From: Trueperaceae bacterium
GTDB taxonomy: Bacteria; Deinococcota; Deinococci; Deinococcales; Trueperaceae
Reading direction: 5' to 3'
Length of the DNA stretch: 64,000 bases
Assembly: GCA_965213705.1 (NCBI GenBank)
Contig: OZ243913.1
Location: 3,744,001 to 3,808,000, forward strand
Part shown: positions 62,531 through 64,000 of the stretch, piece by piece
Numbering within the stretch: position 1 is the first letter of the stretch
Layout: each line of letters starts with the position of its first letter
Notes under the pieces: generated by a model
The model's database searches: none
What the model saw: the letters and a program-made list of their open reading frames with translations, nothing else
Told to the model about the DNA's origin: nothing
Made by a program: the position numbers and the translations under genes

Positions 62531-64000
62531 TCAAGCCGATTGCCCGGCCCCACGCACAAAGCGAGCAAGTTCGGTCTTCAAGGCCTCGAGCGCGCCCAAG
62601 TTCACGTACATCATGTGGCCCGCCTCGTAGTAGCTCAGGGTGACGTTGCCCTGCAGGGCCGCGGGCAGACCGAGGTGGTTGAAGGTGTACTCGGTCGCAA
62701 AGTGCGGCGTGGCGAGGTCGTAATAGCCGCTGGCGACGTGAACTTTGAGGTGCGGGTTCGTCGTCATGGCCTTGCGCAGCGTCTCGGCGACGTCGACGTG
62801 GGCGTTGTCGGTCTCCCACTGCCAGGCCTTGTTCACGTCGAAGGACAAGATTTCGTAAGGGAGGTCGCTCGCGTAGCCCAATTCTTCCCGAACGTATTGG
62901 TTGAAGGCGGCGGCGTAGGGTCCGGTAATCGCGGCCAGGCTCGGGTCGAACTCGAACACCTCGCCCACGTGGTCGCGGTCGGCCCCAGTAAAGCGGCTGT
63001 CCAAACGGCCCACGGTGCGCCCCTCAGCCCGCAGCAGTTCTTTGGTAAAGCGCATAATGCCGATGCGGAGGTTCGTACGCCCTATATAGTCCTCGCTCAA
63101 GCCGGTGTAGCGGGCAAGTTTGCGGACAAGCTGCCGACGTTCTTTATCACCGAGGCTCGAGCCCTTTAAAAGCGCGGGCGCGTACTCGTCCAGGGTGAAC
63201 GCCTCGACCTCGTTTAAGAGTTCTTTTAGAGGTTTACCCTGAAGTTTGGGGCCGAGTTTTTGGTGATACCAGGCCGTCGCCGCGTAGGTGGGCAGGTACA
63301 AGATGTTCGGCAGGACGTTGTTGTGGTTGAAAAGCAGCGTCGTAAAGTCCAGCACCACGCTGACGAGCATAAGACCGTTGAGGTACAAACCGTGCCGCTC
63401 TTGCAGGTAGCCGGCCAACCCGGCGGCCCGCGTCGTCCCGTAGCTCTCCCCCGCCAAAAACTTCGGGCTGCCCCAGCGCCCGTAGCGCGTGGTGTAGAGT
63501 CGGACGAAGTCGCCGACGCTTTGTATGTCTTTCTTAAAGGTGTGAAACTCCTTCGCTTTCTCCCCCGTCACCGCGCGGCTGTAACCCGTGCCGACCGGGT
63601 CGATGAAGACGAGGTCGGTCTCGTCCAGCAGCGAAAACTCGTTGTCGGTGAGCCCGTAGGGGGGCGGCGTCAGGTCGGTGTCGCGCATGTCCACCCGGCG
63701 CGGGCCGAGTAACCCTAAGTGCAGCCACACGCTCGAGGAGCCCGGCCCGCCGTTGAACGAAAACGTCATCGGACGTTCGCGCACGTCTTCAACATCGTCT
63801 TTGGTGTAAGCGATGAAAAAGACCTCCGCCTTGGCCTTTTCGCCCTCGGAAACGCCTTCGTTTTCGCCCTTTTGAGTGGCTTCTTCTTTCAAGACGATGG
63901 TTCCGGTGGTGACGGTGTAGTCGAGGGTTTGCCCGCCGACAGTGACGCTGTGCCGGGTCGTGGTGAGGTCGTCTCGAGGTTGAAGAACTGCGGGTTGCGG
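62531..64000 (-). CDS. Peptidase S10 serine carboxypeptidase (5' end outside window)
   Basis: FNGGPGSSS, DPVGTGYS, GESYG, GYYDLATP, AGHMMY; frame open to 64000. Confidence 0.9.
   Translation of the reverse strand, partial: PQPAVLQPRDDLTTTRHSVTVGGQTLDYTVTTGTIVLKEEATQKGENEGVSEGEKAKAEVFFIAYTKDDVEDVRERPMTFSFNGGPGSSSVWLHLGLLGPRRVDMRDTDLTPPPYGLTDNEFSLLDETDLVFIDPVGTGYSRAVTGEKAKEFHTFKKDIQSVGDFVRLYTTRYGRWGSPKFLAGESYGTTRAAGLAGYLQERHGLYLNGLMLVSVVLDFTTLLFNHNNVLPNILYLPTYAATAWYHQKLGPKLQGKPLKELLNEVEAFTLDEYAPALLKGSSLGDKERRQLVRKLARYTGLSEDYIGRTNLRIGIMRFTKELLRAEGRTVGRLDSRFTGADRDHVGEVFEFDPSLAAITGPYAAAFNQYVREELGYASDLPYEILSFDVNKAWQWETDNAHVDVAETLRKAMTTNPHLKVHVASGYYDLATPHFATEYTFNHLGLPAALQGNVTLSYYEAGHMMYVNLGALEALKTELARFVRGAGQSA

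Overview
GC-rich bacterial chromosomal window, most likely Deinococcota (Truepera-like). This is an inference from a CarH/LitR plus LdrP/DdrI-like regulator pair, a DUF3208-like gene, Thermus-type HU proteins, many leaderless genes and a Deinococcus-type intergenic repeat. Most of the window is housekeeping or metabolic: an acetate uptake/activation locus with two divergent acs paralogs, an orphan molybdoenzyme large subunit, tag, sdaAB/sdaAA, two HU genes, rnhA, rnr, a cytochrome c/ctaG operon, mscL, lptB, aceE-aceF-map, a LacI-regulated glucan ABC/debranching operon, a Mn riboswitch-terC, mtnN, a circularly permuted ATP-grasp/alpha-E/transglutaminase system and an S10 peptidase truncated by the window edge. 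An accessory patch at about 10-17 kb holds three toxin-antitoxin pairs, an RHH module, a pepF-like remnant and a small repeat element. The most interesting signal is partly missed by the ORF track: a minus-strand unit at 19.6-20.5 kb with a promoter, a 37-codon leader with tandem Trp codons, a terminator hairpin, three small uncharacterised proteins and a second terminator. A fourth related small protein heads an ABC exporter operon at 14.7 kb. Other signals are an ~180-nt structured intergenic element, strong CTCGAG excess with GATC depletion, pervasive 15-bp tandem duplications, two frameshifted genes and an apparent ACG start. No rRNA, tRNA, CRISPR array, integrase or transposase was seen. 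All family assignments come from motif recognition by eye; no database searches were run.
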